Positions 18,411 through 28,649 of a stretch of 64,000 bases of DNA are shown here, one piece after another. The translations under genes were made by a program, and so were the position numbers. How positions within the stretch are numbered: the stretch's first letter is position 1; every line of letters starts with the position of its first letter. Location of the stretch: NCBI GenBank assembly GCA_041611735.1, contig JBFIML010000006.1:1-64000 (forward strand), read 5' to 3'. Source of the DNA: Myxococcota bacterium. GTDB taxonomy: Bacteria > Myxococcota_A > UBA9160 > PR03. The notes below the pieces were generated by a model. It did not search any database and was not told the DNA's origin. It saw nothing but the letters and a program-made list of their open reading frames with translations.

Positions 18411-19277
18411 ATGGGAACGGAGCCGGCCCTGGCGCAGACGGCCGCGGACGATCTCGCTCAGATCCGCACCCGGGGCTTCGTCGTGATCCCCGGGCTGCTC
18501 TCCGCGGAGCAGCTCGCATCCGTGCGCGAGACCCTGCGGCCCCATCTCCAGGGCCGGCTCCTGGGCCGCAACAACTTCGAAGGCCACCGCACCGAGCGCG
18601 TCTACTCCCTGGTCGACCGGGGTCCGATCTTCGAGGATCTGGTGGAGTCCCCCCGCGTGCTGGCGATCTGTGACGCCTTGCTGCTCCCGAACTACCTGCT
18701 GACCGCCTCCCAGGCCATCCAGCTCCATCCGGGCGAGACGCCGCAGCCGTTCCACACCGACGACGCCTTCTACCGCATTCCGCGCCCGCGGCCGGCCGTG
18801 AGCGTCAGCACCCTGTGGGCCATCGACCCCTTCACGGCCGAGAACGGCGCGACGGAGCTCGTCCCGGGTAGCCACCTCTGGGGCGACGAACGCCTAGAGC
18901 GACTGCTCGAGGGCATCGACTTCACCACGCGCCGGGGTGGAGAGCCCGTGGAGCCGGAGCCCCTGGCCGTGCTCCGGGAGTCCGGCAGCCGCCTCGAGCC
19001 CGCGCTCATGCCCGCCGGCTCCGTCGTGGTGTTCCTCGGCACGCTCTTGCACCGCGGAGGCGCGAATCGCAGCGACGCGCCGAGGCTCGCACTCTCCAAT
19101 CAGTACTGCGAGCCCTGGGCCCGGCAACAGGAGAACTACCTGGTCTCGATTCCCGCGGAACGCGCCCGGCGCATGTCCCCGCGCGTGCAGGAGCTGCTCG
19201 GCTACAGCATCCATCCTCCCTTCATGGGGCACGTGCTCGGCCGCCACCCCCGGCGCCTGCTCGGGGAGGACGCGTGA
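18411..19277 (+). CDS. Phytanoyl-CoA dioxygenase (PhyH) family Fe/2OG dioxygenase
   Basis: GAGGAG SD; HTDD, ENGATELVPGSH, LHRGGANRS, RQQEN. Confidence 0.92.
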   Translation: MGTEPALAQTAADDLAQIRTRGFVVIPGLLSAEQLASVRETLRPHLQGRLLGRNNFEGHRTERVYSLVDRGPIFEDLVESPRVLAICDALLLPNYLLTASQAIQLHPGETPQPFHTDDAFYRIPRPRPAVSVSTLWAIDPFTAENGATELVPGSHLWGDERLERLLEGIDFTTRRGGEPVEPEPLAVLRESGSRLEPALMPAGSVVVFLGTLLHRGGANRSDAPRLALSNQYCEPWARQQENYLVSIPAERARRMSPRVQELLGYSIHPPFMGHVLGRHPRRLLGEDA

Positions 19278-19279
19278 CC

Positions 19280-20815
19280 ATGGGAGATCCCTGGTGGAGG
19301 CACGCCGTCGTCTACCAGATCTATCCGCGCAGCTTCTGTGACACGAACGGCGACGGCGTGGGAGACCTGGAGGGGATCCGCCGCCGCCTCGATCACCTGG
19401 TGTGGCTCGGCGTGGACGCCGTCTGGATCTCGCCGTTCTTTCCCTCACCCATGAAGGACTTCGGCTACGACGTGTCCGACTACTGCGGTGTGGACCCGAG
19501 CTTCGGAACGCTGGCGGACTTCGATCGGCTGCTGGCCGAGGCCCACGCCCGCGGCCTCCGGGTCCTGATCGACTGGGTTCCCAACCACACCAGCGACCGG
19601 CACCCGTGGTTCCTGGAGGCGCGCGCGTCCCGCGACGCCCCGCGCCGGGACTGGTACGTGTGGCGGGAGGGCTCGCCCGATCGGCCCCCCAACAACTGGC
19701 GCGCCGCCTTCCGGGACGGGCCTGCGTGGACCTGGGACGAGGGGACCCGCCAGTGGTACCTGCATCTCTTTCTCCCCGAGCAGCCGGACCTGAACTGGGC
19801 TCATCCAGGGCTGGTCGAGGCCATGCACGCCACCCTGCGGTTCTGGCTCGACCGCGGCGTGGACGGCTTCCGCATGGACGTGATCCACTGCATCGGCAAG
19901 GATCCGGCGCTTCCCGACGTGGCTCCCGAGCTGGCGAAGCTGCCCTACTGCGTGCAGAACGACCACGCCAGCACCCACGCGCACCTGCGCGGCATCCGAC
20001 GCCTGCTCGATGCGTACCCTGGAGATCGGGTCATGGTGGGGGAGGTCGTGCTGCTCTCCACGTCCCGGGTGGCGAGCTACTACGGTGCCGGCGACGAGCT
20101 CCACCTGGCCTTCAACTTTCCGCCGCTGTTCGCACCCTGGGAGGCGGGGGCATGGCGGGAGCGGATCGAGGAGGCGGCGGAGCACGTGCTCGCCCGTGGC
20201 GCGTGGCCGACCTGGGCGCTCTCGAATCACGACTACCCCCGCCACCGGAGCCGCTACGGAGGCAGCGAGACGCGGGCGCGGGCGGCCGCGGTACTGCTCG
20301 CGACGCTCCCGGGCACGCCCTTCCTCTACGCCGGCGAGGAGCTCGGCCTGGAGGACGCCCGCATCCCGCCAACCCGGCGCGTCGATCCCGGCGGGCGCGA
20401 CGGGTGTCGCGCGCCGTTGCCCTGGGAGGCGGAACCTCCCCACGGATGGGTGCACGACGAAGCCTGGCTTCCCTGGCCTCCGGCGGCCGGCGTCCGCAAC
20501 GTCGCGACCGAGCGGAGCGACGCCGGCTCGATGCTCTGGCTCTACCGGCGGGTGCTCGCGGCGCGCCGTGCGTCGCCGGCGCTCCGCGGCGGCGGCTTCG
20601 CCTGGCTGCCGGCGCCCGACGGCGTCCTGGCCTGGCGGCGCGATCGCGGACCGGAGCGACGGGTGGTGCTGGTGAACTTCGCGGATGCCCCGCAGCAGGT
20701 GGCCCTGTCCGGGGTCTGGCGCATCGAAGTGGCGAGCGATGGGCGCGCGGAAGGGGAGCGCTACTCCGGTGGGCTCGGACGCGAGCAGGCCGTGATGCTA
20801 CGCGGCGAGGCGTGA
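19280..20815 (+). CDS. GH13 alpha-glucosidase
   Basis: WWRHAVVYQIYPRSF, DFGYDVSDY, VPNHTS, GVDGFRMD, GEV, SNHD, RDGCRAP. Confidence 0.95.
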   Translation: MGDPWWRHAVVYQIYPRSFCDTNGDGVGDLEGIRRRLDHLVWLGVDAVWISPFFPSPMKDFGYDVSDYCGVDPSFGTLADFDRLLAEAHARGLRVLIDWVPNHTSDRHPWFLEARASRDAPRRDWYVWREGSPDRPPNNWRAAFRDGPAWTWDEGTRQWYLHLFLPEQPDLNWAHPGLVEAMHATLRFWLDRGVDGFRMDVIHCIGKDPALPDVAPELAKLPYCVQNDHASTHAHLRGIRRLLDAYPGDRVMVGEVVLLSTSRVASYYGAGDELHLAFNFPPLFAPWEAGAWRERIEEAAEHVLARGAWPTWALSNHDYPRHRSRYGGSETRARAAAVLLATLPGTPFLYAGEELGLEDARIPPTRRVDPGGRDGCRAPLPWEAEPPHGWVHDEAWLPWPPAAGVRNVATERSDAGSMLWLYRRVLAARRASPALRGGGFAWLPAPDGVLAWRRDRGPERRVVLVNFADAPQQVALSGVWRIEVASDGRAEGERYSGGLGREQAVMLRGEA

Positions 20816-20840
20816 CCCGCTCGCGGCACGACCGTCGGCG

Positions 20841-23552
20841 TCACGCCTGGGCCGCGCGCGGCCCCTCCGCTTCGCTCTCCGCCGCCGTCGGCGTGCGGAC
20901 CCTCCCCGCCCAGGCCAGCAGCGCCGGGAGAACCAGCAGGTTCGCCAGCAGGATCATCGTCAGGCCGAGCACCAGCAGCCGGGCCAGGCTCGCGATGCCC
21001 TGGTGGGAGGCGAAGGCGAGGGTCGAGAAGCTGGCGATGGAGGTGAGGGTGCTCAACAGCACGGCCAGCGTGGTGCCGGTGTGCAGCACGTCGGCGTCTT
21101 CCGGGCGCTGCGTCCGATACCGGTGCACCAGGTGGATGCCGCTGTCCACGCCGATGCCGAGCAGGAGGGGCAGCACGATCACGTTGGCGAAGTTGAGGTG
21201 GAGGCCCACGAGCCCCGCCACGGCGGCGGTGACCAGCGCGCCGAGCAGCAGCGGGCAGAGGGTGAAGAAGGCATCCCGCGGGCTTCGCCACAGCACCAAC
21301 AGGAGGGCGGTGATCACCACCAGCGCCGCAGCCAGGGCCTCCCGCAGCGCCACCACGATGGCGCGTGCCAGCTCCACCGTGCCGACCACGGCCCCGGCCG
21401 CGTCGGGTCGCACGCGGCGCACGGCGTCGGCGAAGCGTTCGAGAGCGCCCGGCAGCGAGAGATCCTCGGCCGGGAACGCCTCCACCCGGACGCGTCCGTC
21501 CGCCGCCACGTAGCGATCGCGAACGGCGCTGGGCAGCTCGGCCAGGGTCGGCGGCTCCCCGGCCAGCCGCCGGCGCAGCTCGACCACGGCCGGGGGGAGC
21601 CCGCCGAAGAGCCAGGCGTCGAGGTCCGCCACGTCCACGCCCGGAGCATCGGCTTCGAGCTGCACCGCCAACGCGTCGAGGGCCACCAGCAGGTCGTCCA
21701 CCGCCGCCGGCGTGGCCGGCTCGTGCCCCTCGTCCGGCCCAGCCAGGTCCTGCCGCAGCTCCACGGCCACCGTCAGGCCCTGGATCGCCACGTGCAGGGC
21801 GCGGGCAGGCTCCACCGAGGCCGCCGTCCCGGCTGCGTCCGGAAGCGCCGGCGCTTCCAGGGCCCGGGCCATGCGCGCGAAGATCGGCGCCTTGCGCTCG
21901 GGTGCCTCCGGCAGGAGGTCGTCCACGCTCCGCACCCGACGCACCTCGGGGAGCGCCACCAGGGCGGCCGCCACGCGCCGGGCCTCGGCCGGGTCGCGCA
22001 CCAGCACCTCCGCCGTCCAGGGGGCGAGCTCGCGGTCCGCCAGCAGCGCGCGCATGCTGCGCACCGACTCCACGCGCGGGTCGCGCACGTCCAGGGGGTC
22101 GCTCTCGAAGCGCAGCGCAGGCACGGCCAGCGCGGCCGCGCCGGCGACCAGGAGGGCGCCGGCCACCACCGCGCGAGGGGCCCGCAGCGGGAGGCTCGGC
22201 AGCCAGCCGAGCACGCGATCCAGCCGCGTCGGCCGGGGGCCGGGGCGCTCGCCCAGGCCGAGCGCCACCAGCGCCGGCAGCAGCGTGAGCGTGGCGAGCA
22301 GGCTCATGAACATGCCGGTCCCGGCGATCAGCCCGAGCTCGCCCACTCCGATGTAGGCGGTGGGGAGGAAGGCGTAGAAGCCGATCGCCGTGGTGAGCGC
22401 ACAGAACACCAGCGAGCTTCCGACTCGGCGGCCGGTCCCCCTCAGGGCCTGCTTGGACACCCCGTTCTGCGCGAGCTGCTCCCGGTAGCCGATCGCGAAA
22501 TGCACGCCGAAATCCACCGCGAGCCCGATGTAGAGCACGGCGAAGGCCATGGTGAGGACGTTCAGGTGCCCGACGGCCAGCGCGGCGAAGCCGGCCGTCC
22601 ACGCCAGGCCGGCGATCAGGGTGACGAGCGTCGCCAGGAGCAGGCGGGCGCCGAGCGAGGCGAAGAGGAGGCCCGCCACCAGCACCAGGGAGGCGGCTGC
22701 GGCCGCTACGATCTGCCCTTCGGCGGCGGACATCTCCTCGGTCAGCACCGCCAGGTCGCCGGTCACGCGTACCTGCACGCCGTGGCTCGCCGCGAGCTCC
22801 GTCCCCGCAGCGCGCACGGTGCGGATCGCGTCGAGGGCGGGACCGAAGGCGGTGAAGTCCCGGGCGGGCTGGACCAGCACCAGCTGGCGGCGGGGCGGCT
22901 CGGCGTCGAAGAGCCGGCCTCCCATCTCGTTCCAGGCCAGGGGCGCCCCGCTGCGGTCCAGGAAGGCCCGGACCCCGGTCCCCACTTCGTCCACCAGCGC
23001 CAGGCCGGCAGCCCCCACGCCGGCGAGTCCGCGGCCCCGAGTCTCCACGTGGGCCAGCGCGCCCAGGAAGGTGGTGAGGGACGGGCGCTCGGCTAGCGCC
23101 GCCAGCAGCGGACCGGCGCGCTCGAGTTGCGTCGCCGCCCGCGCGAGCTGCGGCTGCTCCAGGTACCAGAGCCCGTGTTCTTCGTAGAAGTCTCCGCTCC
23201 CCGGCAGATGGACTGCCGCGAAGCGTCGCGGATCGGCGGCCAGACGCTCGGCCAGCCGCTGGGCGGCGTGCCGCACGTCCGCTCCGGCGGCGTCGGCTTC
23301 CAGCAGGATCACCAGGTTGTCGGCGAGCTGGGGGAAGGCGGTCTCGAGCTCGGTCTGCGCGCGGCGGAAGGGAAGCTCGGGCGAGGTCATGCGATCCGGG
23401 TCCGCGTCGAGGACGAGACCCGTGGCCGCCGTCCAGCCGGCCGCCAGGGTGAACGCGAGGGCGAGGCTCGCCACGAGACCGGGCCGGCGATACGAGAGAT
23501 CGACCAGGCGAGCGGCGAGCCCGCTCAGGGCGTGCTTCCATCGGGCGTGCAA
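20841..23552 (-). CDS. hpnN: MMPL/RND transporter, hopanoid transporter HpnN-like
   Basis: Two TM blocks with IGLAVDFGVH and LGIGVDSGIH, PLDVRDPRVESV; start uncertain (TTG 23552). Confidence 0.85.
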   Translation of the reverse strand: MHARWKHALSGLAARLVDLSYRRPGLVASLALAFTLAAGWTAATGLVLDADPDRMTSPELPFRRAQTELETAFPQLADNLVILLEADAAGADVRHAAQRLAERLAADPRRFAAVHLPGSGDFYEEHGLWYLEQPQLARAATQLERAGPLLAALAERPSLTTFLGALAHVETRGRGLAGVGAAGLALVDEVGTGVRAFLDRSGAPLAWNEMGGRLFDAEPPRRQLVLVQPARDFTAFGPALDAIRTVRAAGTELAASHGVQVRVTGDLAVLTEEMSAAEGQIVAAAAASLVLVAGLLFASLGARLLLATLVTLIAGLAWTAGFAALAVGHLNVLTMAFAVLYIGLAVDFGVHFAIGYREQLAQNGVSKQALRGTGRRVGSSLVFCALTTAIGFYAFLPTAYIGVGELGLIAGTGMFMSLLATLTLLPALVALGLGERPGPRPTRLDRVLGWLPSLPLRAPRAVVAGALLVAGAAALAVPALRFESDPLDVRDPRVESVRSMRALLADRELAPWTAEVLVRDPAEARRVAAALVALPEVRRVRSVDDLLPEAPERKAPIFARMARALEAPALPDAAGTAASVEPARALHVAIQGLTVAVELRQDLAGPDEGHEPATPAAVDDLLVALDALAVQLEADAPGVDVADLDAWLFGGLPPAVVELRRRLAGEPPTLAELPSAVRDRYVAADGRVRVEAFPAEDLSLPGALERFADAVRRVRPDAAGAVVGTVELARAIVVALREALAAALVVITALLLVLWRSPRDAFFTLCPLLLGALVTAAVAGLVGLHLNFANVIVLPLLLGIGVDSGIHLVHRYRTQRPEDADVLHTGTTLAVLLSTLTSIASFSTLAFASHQGIASLARLLVLGLTMILLANLLVLPALLAWAGRVRTPTAAESEAEGPRAAQA

Positions 23553-23625
23553 GCGGAACCCCCCGATCGACCGCGCGAGCCTAGCCGATTTGCTAGCGTG
23601 CAGCCTTTGCAGGGGGTTGACGCGC

Positions 23626-24825
23626 GTGACCGCTACGCTGCTGGCGCTCGGCCTCGCTCTCCTGCTGCTGGAGATCGCCACCCACCGTCGCCTCGCCCGG
23701 GCCCTCCGGCCGCCTCCCGCGCCGCCGCGCCTCCACGTCTACCCCTCGCTCACGGTGATCCGCCCCGTGAAGGGTCTCGACCCGGAGGTCGCCGAGAACC
23801 TGCGCGCCGCTCTCGACACCGGCTACCCGGGGTCCGTGCAGACGATCTTCGTCTTCGATGACGAGCGCGAGCCCGCGGTTCCCCTGGCGGAGGCGGCGAT
23901 CGAGGAGCGCGCTCACGGCGCGGGGGCGAGCACGGCGGAGGTCCTCTTCTGCGGGCCTCCTCCCCCCGGCCGAACGGGCAAGCTCAACGCCATGATCCAG
24001 GGCCTCGGCAAGGCCCGAGGCGAGCTGATCGCCTTCGCCGACTCGGACATCCGCACCGATCGCCAGGCGCTGCGGATCCTGGTGGAGACGCTCCGGGCGA
24101 GTCCGAGAGCCGGAAGCGTCTTCGCGCCGGTGGTGGTCTCCGAGCCGGCACGCACGCTGGGGGACGCGGTCTACGCCATCCTCTTGAATGGTCTCTACTC
24201 CCCGCCTGCCGCCGCCCAGGCCGGACGGCGGGAGCGGGAGCTCCCCTTCATCCTGGGCCAGTTCATGGTGATCAGCCGCCAGGCCATCGAGGCGATCGGC
24301 GGCCTCGAGCGCGTCCAGGGCCAGCTGGTGGACGACCTCTATATCGGTCAGCTCGTGCGGGCCGCCGGCCTGCGCAACGTGGTCTCCAGCCACCCGATCC
24401 GGATCATCCAGTACGGCCTCGGCCCGCGCGAGGCCCTGCAGGTGGTGAAGCGCTGGTTCGCCTTCTCCCGCACGGGCATTCCCGAGTGGGGCTTCAAGCT
24501 GCCCATCGCGCAGCGCGCGGCGAGCTGCTGGCTGGGCGTGCTGGGAGCGTGCGGCTTCGCCGTGGCCGGCCACGGCCTGCTGGCCGCCGCCTCCGCACTG
24601 CTCGCCGCCTGGGTGACCGTCAGCGTGGGGTCGCTGCATGGCCGCGTGGGTGGGGCACCCCTGCGCGGCCTGCACCGTCTCGCTCCAGCGCTGGTCTATC
24701 TGGTGGCGCCCATCCTGCTGCTCCGCACCAACCGGATGCGGTGTGTGCGCTGGCGAGGACGCGCGTACGCGCTCGACGCCGGAGGCCGCCTGGCCGAAGC
24801 GCCCCGGGGCGTTTCCCTGACCTGA
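23626..24825 (+). CDS. GT2/GT21 glycosyltransferase, HpnI/ceramide glucosyltransferase-like
   Basis: VIRPVKGLD, GKLNAM, FADSD, LVDDL, KRW, VRWRGR; divergent from hpnN-like gene. Confidence 0.82.
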   Translation: MTATLLALGLALLLLEIATHRRLARALRPPPAPPRLHVYPSLTVIRPVKGLDPEVAENLRAALDTGYPGSVQTIFVFDDEREPAVPLAEAAIEERAHGAGASTAEVLFCGPPPPGRTGKLNAMIQGLGKARGELIAFADSDIRTDRQALRILVETLRASPRAGSVFAPVVVSEPARTLGDAVYAILLNGLYSPPAAAQAGRRERELPFILGQFMVISRQAIEAIGGLERVQGQLVDDLYIGQLVRAAGLRNVVSSHPIRIIQYGLGPREALQVVKRWFAFSRTGIPEWGFKLPIAQRAASCWLGVLGACGFAVAGHGLLAAASALLAAWVTVSVGSLHGRVGGAPLRGLHRLAPALVYLVAPILLLRTNRMRCVRWRGRAYALDAGGRLAEAPRGVSLT

Positions 24826-24964
24826 GTCCGGAGCGCGGCGAGCCCGCGCCTGGGGCCGCAACCCGCTGGAACGGCGCCGAAAGAAGGTTCCGTGCGCCCG
24901 TCACAAGAAGGACCGGCCGGGTGGCCGATCGGTTCCCGGGTCCGGCGACCCGGGAGATCATCCT

Positions 24965-25750
24965 TTGGAGAATTCCCTCGTCGAAGCTCGACGCTCCAGC
25001 CGCCGGCAGCTCCTCGCGGAGGCGAACCGGGAACGCAACCGCGGACGCGATCGGCGCGCCATCTCCCTCTACCGACGCGTCCTCCTGGAGGAGCCGCGCA
25101 ACGTGGAGGTGGCACTGCGTCTGGCGCCGCTGCTCGCGGCTCGTGGCGAGGCCTTCGAGGCCTGGCAGCTCTTCCGCAACGCGGCCGTGGAGCTGCGCCG
25201 CGAACGTCGCTACGAGGCGTGCCTGGCCATCCTGCGCGACGCCTGCCGCTGCGTGCCCTACGAGTACGATAGCTGGCGGATGCGCGCGGAGCTCGAGCTC
25301 CGGCTCGGGCGCGAGGAGGCCGCCTACGAGACGCTGCTGGACGGGCGGCGCCACTTCGAGGGCCCGCGGGCGGCGGCCCAGGCCATTGCGCTCCTCACGC
25401 GGGCGCGCGCCATCGAGCCCTGGGACCCGGAGGTGGCCCTCGATCTGGCCCGGCTGCACGCCCAGACTGGACTTCCGGAAGTGGCCCTCGAGCTGCTGAA
25501 CGCCCTCGCCCCGCGCCTGCGCGGGCCGCAGTTGCGCCGGCTGCGGGCCCTCCAATGGCGGATCACCCTGTCGTTGCAGCATGCGTGGCTGTGGCTCCAG
25601 GCGCTGGTTCGCGAGCGCGGCGGGGAGCGGCCGGCGCGCCCGGCGTCCTCCCGCCCCGAGCGGGATGCGGATTCCTTCGACGCGCTCTTCCGCGAGCCTG
25701 CTCCCGCTTCCGACGAGTGCCTGCTCCTCGAGCACGAGGCCCCCGTCTAG
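24965..25750 (+). CDS. Tetratricopeptide-repeat protein
   Basis: Helical repeats AISLYRRVLLEEPRN, AIALLTRARAIEPWD; GGGAG SD before TTG. Confidence 0.75.
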   Translation: MENSLVEARRSSRRQLLAEANRERNRGRDRRAISLYRRVLLEEPRNVEVALRLAPLLAARGEAFEAWQLFRNAAVELRRERRYEACLAILRDACRCVPYEYDSWRMRAELELRLGREEAAYETLLDGRRHFEGPRAAAQAIALLTRARAIEPWDPEVALDLARLHAQTGLPEVALELLNALAPRLRGPQLRRLRALQWRITLSLQHAWLWLQALVRERGGERPARPASSRPERDADSFDALFREPAPASDECLLLEHEAPV

Positions 25751-25848
25751 CCGGATTGGTTCGGGCTCCTGCCCGGGCTCGCTGGAGCGCCCGGCCTCCT
25801 CTACGGTCGCGTCTCGCGGGGCCGGCCCGCACCGGGGGGAAGCGTCCC

Positions 25849-27024
25849 ATCGCACCGCGTATCGTCTTCGTGGGTCGCCGCCGCCCCGCCCTGCGTGCGG
25901 CCGTCCGGCTGGGCGTCGAGGTGGTGCAGATCGACGCCGCGGCGGGGCAGGGCGCGCCGCCGGAGGGCGTGGTGGAGCGCCTCCCGGAGCCTTCGGAGCC
26001 CCAGGGGCCCGAGGCCTGGCGGGAGCTCGCCGCACGGCTTCCCGCCCCCGAGCGCATCGCGGCGGTGGTGGGCCTGACCGAGGCCGCGGTCGTGCCCGCG
26101 GCTCGCCTGCGCGAGGCGCTGGGACTGCCGGGCCTCCCGGTCGCGACGGCGCTGCGCTGCACGGACAAGCTGCACATGAAGCAGGCCGTACGGAATGCGG
26201 GCCTTCCGTGCGCGGACTTCGTGGCCTGCGAGCCCTCCACGCGGCCCGACGAGCTCGCGGCCCGCCTCGGACTCCCCGTCGTGCTGAAGCCGCGGGCGAG
26301 CTCCGGGGGACGCGGCGTTCTCGTGGCGCAGCGCCCGGAGGAGCTGCCCGACCCGTTGCCGGTGGATCATTTGGCCGAGCGTCTCGTCCGGGGCACCGAG
26401 ATGAGCGTGGAGACGCTGCTGGCCGGCGGCCGGCTCCTGTTCACGAACCCCACCGAGTACATCGTTCCCCGGCAGGCCAACCTGGTGCCCGCACTGCTCG
26501 AGCCCGTCACCCGCGAGCGGGTCCTCGCCCTGAACGAGGCGGCCCTGGCGGCCCTCGGCGTGAACCGGGGCATGACGCATCTGGAGCTCTACCTCACGCC
26601 GCAGGGCGTCGTGTTCGGGGAGCTGGCGGCGCGTCCGCCGGGGGGGCACATCATGCGTCTCGTGGAGCTGGCCTACGGCTTCGATCCCTGGCTCGCCTGG
26701 CTCCGGGTGCAGCTCGGCGAGCAGCCCGAGCTGCCCGCCCGGGCCCCGGGCTGTGCCGCGGTCTGGGTCCTGCATCCGGGTCCGGGTCGGGTGCGTGCGG
26801 TGTCGGGCGTGGAAGCGGCGCGTCGGTTGCCCGGTGTCGAGCGCGTGCACCTGCGCGTGGGCCCCGGCGACCGGGTCGGGCCGCGGCTCGGCGCGGGGCA
26901 GGAGGTCGGGCACGTGCTGGTGCGGGGACCCGACCGTCAGGAGACCGCGCGTCGACTCGAGCGCGCCCAGGCGCGTCTCCGCATCCAGATGGAGCCCGAG
27001 GCCGCCACGCGCCAGTTCGGCTGA
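25849..27024 (+). CDS. ATP-grasp ligase (L-amino acid ligase-like)
   Basis: CTDKLHMK, PVVLKPRASSGGRGV, EMSVE, THLELY, ELAARPPGG; start uncertain (ATC 25849 or TTG 25756). Confidence 0.88.
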   Translation: MAPRIVFVGRRRPALRAAVRLGVEVVQIDAAAGQGAPPEGVVERLPEPSEPQGPEAWRELAARLPAPERIAAVVGLTEAAVVPAARLREALGLPGLPVATALRCTDKLHMKQAVRNAGLPCADFVACEPSTRPDELAARLGLPVVLKPRASSGGRGVLVAQRPEELPDPLPVDHLAERLVRGTEMSVETLLAGGRLLFTNPTEYIVPRQANLVPALLEPVTRERVLALNEAALAALGVNRGMTHLELYLTPQGVVFGELAARPPGGHIMRLVELAYGFDPWLAWLRVQLGEQPELPARAPGCAAVWVLHPGPGRVRAVSGVEAARRLPGVERVHLRVGPGDRVGPRLGAGQEVGHVLVRGPDRQETARRLERAQARLRIQMEPEAATRQFG

Positions 27025-27041
27025 ATCCACGCCGCGGCGCC

Positions 27042-28646
27042 TCACACCACGCGAATCTTCTCGACGGGGATGCGGGAATCCAGCGTGTAGAGGTCGGTAC
27101 GCCGGTCGCGCAGGGGGCGCACCGTACCGGCCTGGCGGACCTGCTCGAGCGAGCTCAGGTCGAGATCCGTGATCACGACCGTCTCGAAGTTCGGATCGGC
27201 GGTGGCGGCCACCGCATCGGTCGGAAAGGGGAAGTCGCTGGGCGTCAGGATGGCGGCCTGCCCGTAGTTGATCAGGAAGTTGTCGACCTGGGGCAGGTTT
27301 CCGACGTTTCCGGAGAGCGCCACGAAGACGACGTTCTCCACCGCCCGTGCATGGCTGGCGTACCGCACGCGCAGGTAGGCCTTGCGTTCGTCGGTGCTGA
27401 ACGGGACCAGGAGGATCTCGGCGCCTGCCAGGGTGAGGAGTCGCGCCAGCTCCGGAAACTCGACGTCGTAGCAGACGAGGATGCCGAGCCGACCACAGCC
27501 GGTGTCGAACAACCGCAGGGTGTCACCTGGGCCGATGCCGTACTCGGCGCGCTCGTTGGGCGTGACGTGCAGCTTGTCTTGCGTGTAGATGTTGCCAGCT
27601 GGAGTGAACAGGTGTGCGACGTTCCGGATTCCGGTTGGCGACCGCACGGGATGCGAGCCGGCCACGATCAGGATGCCGCTGCGCTGCGCCATCCGCTTGA
27701 AGAGCTCCTGATAACGGGGCGTCTGCTCGGACAGCCAGACGATCGCCTCCGGGCCCGTCCGCCGGGGAGGAAGCGTCGCGAAGAGCTGGACGGTGAAGAG
27801 CTCCGGGAAGAGCAGCAGGTGACAATCGTACTGCTCGGCGGTCGAGACGAAGAAGTCGACCTGGTGCTCGAACTCCTCCCACGAGGCGATCGGACGCATT
27901 CGATACTGGGCGGCGCAGATCCGGACCTTGCGGACGGGAGTGCGCACCGGAGCTGCCGCGATGCGGCGTCGGCGCGGCCGGTAGCCGGGGTTCTCCATCT
28001 CGAGGAAGGTGGCGTAGTCGAGGCTCTGGTCGTCGCGCAGGTAGCCCATGTGGACGCCTCGCACCCGAAAGCCGGCCTTCAGATGCGCGTTCAGCGCCAT
28101 GTCCTTCAGCTCGCCGCGCGCGACCTTCTCGACGTACTCCTCCGGCGTCAGGCGGCCGGCCTGCTCCCGGTAGCCGGGAATCCGACCCCCGGCCACGAGA
28201 CGGCGCAGGTTGAAGCGGCGCAGCAAGCGGCGCCGGGCCTCGTAGAGCAGACCGGCGACGCCCTCGCCGCGGTGGTCGGGGTGCACGGCGATGTCCGCCC
28301 CGTAGAGCGTGTCGCCGGCGGGGTCGTGGGAGCTGAAGGTTCCGTTCCCGGTGATCTCCGCGTAGGAATACCAGGGTGACTCCTCGTCCATCTGCACGAT
28401 CAGCGCAGTGGCGTATCCGACCACCTGCTTGCCCAGCACCGCGACGAGTTGCCCGTCCGGAAAGGTCCGGATCTGGAGCCGGAGCTGCCGCTCGTCGCAC
28501 AGGCCGGTTGGCGGGAAGCTGGGATAGGCGGCCCGCTGGCAGGCGTAGATGGCGGGTACGTCGCCAAGGCGGGCGCCTCGGACCTGGATCTTCGCCGGCG
28601 CGGGCCTGGTTCGCGCCGCTCTGGGTTTGCTGCCCCGGGCCGCCAC
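27042..28646 (-). CDS. GNAT acetyltransferase + carbon-nitrogen hydrolase (nitrilase family) fusion
   Basis: GNAT VHPDHRGEGVA; nitrilase triad FPELF / QDKLH / VCYDVEFPE. Confidence 0.92.
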   Translation of the reverse strand: MAARGSKPRAARTRPAPAKIQVRGARLGDVPAIYACQRAAYPSFPPTGLCDERQLRLQIRTFPDGQLVAVLGKQVVGYATALIVQMDEESPWYSYAEITGNGTFSSHDPAGDTLYGADIAVHPDHRGEGVAGLLYEARRRLLRRFNLRRLVAGGRIPGYREQAGRLTPEEYVEKVARGELKDMALNAHLKAGFRVRGVHMGYLRDDQSLDYATFLEMENPGYRPRRRRIAAAPVRTPVRKVRICAAQYRMRPIASWEEFEHQVDFFVSTAEQYDCHLLLFPELFTVQLFATLPPRRTGPEAIVWLSEQTPRYQELFKRMAQRSGILIVAGSHPVRSPTGIRNVAHLFTPAGNIYTQDKLHVTPNERAEYGIGPGDTLRLFDTGCGRLGILVCYDVEFPELARLLTLAGAEILLVPFSTDERKAYLRVRYASHARAVENVVFVALSGNVGNLPQVDNFLINYGQAAILTPSDFPFPTDAVAATADPNFETVVITDLDLSSLEQVRQAGTVRPLRDRRTDLYTLDSRIPVEKIRVV

Positions 28647-28649
28647 GCC

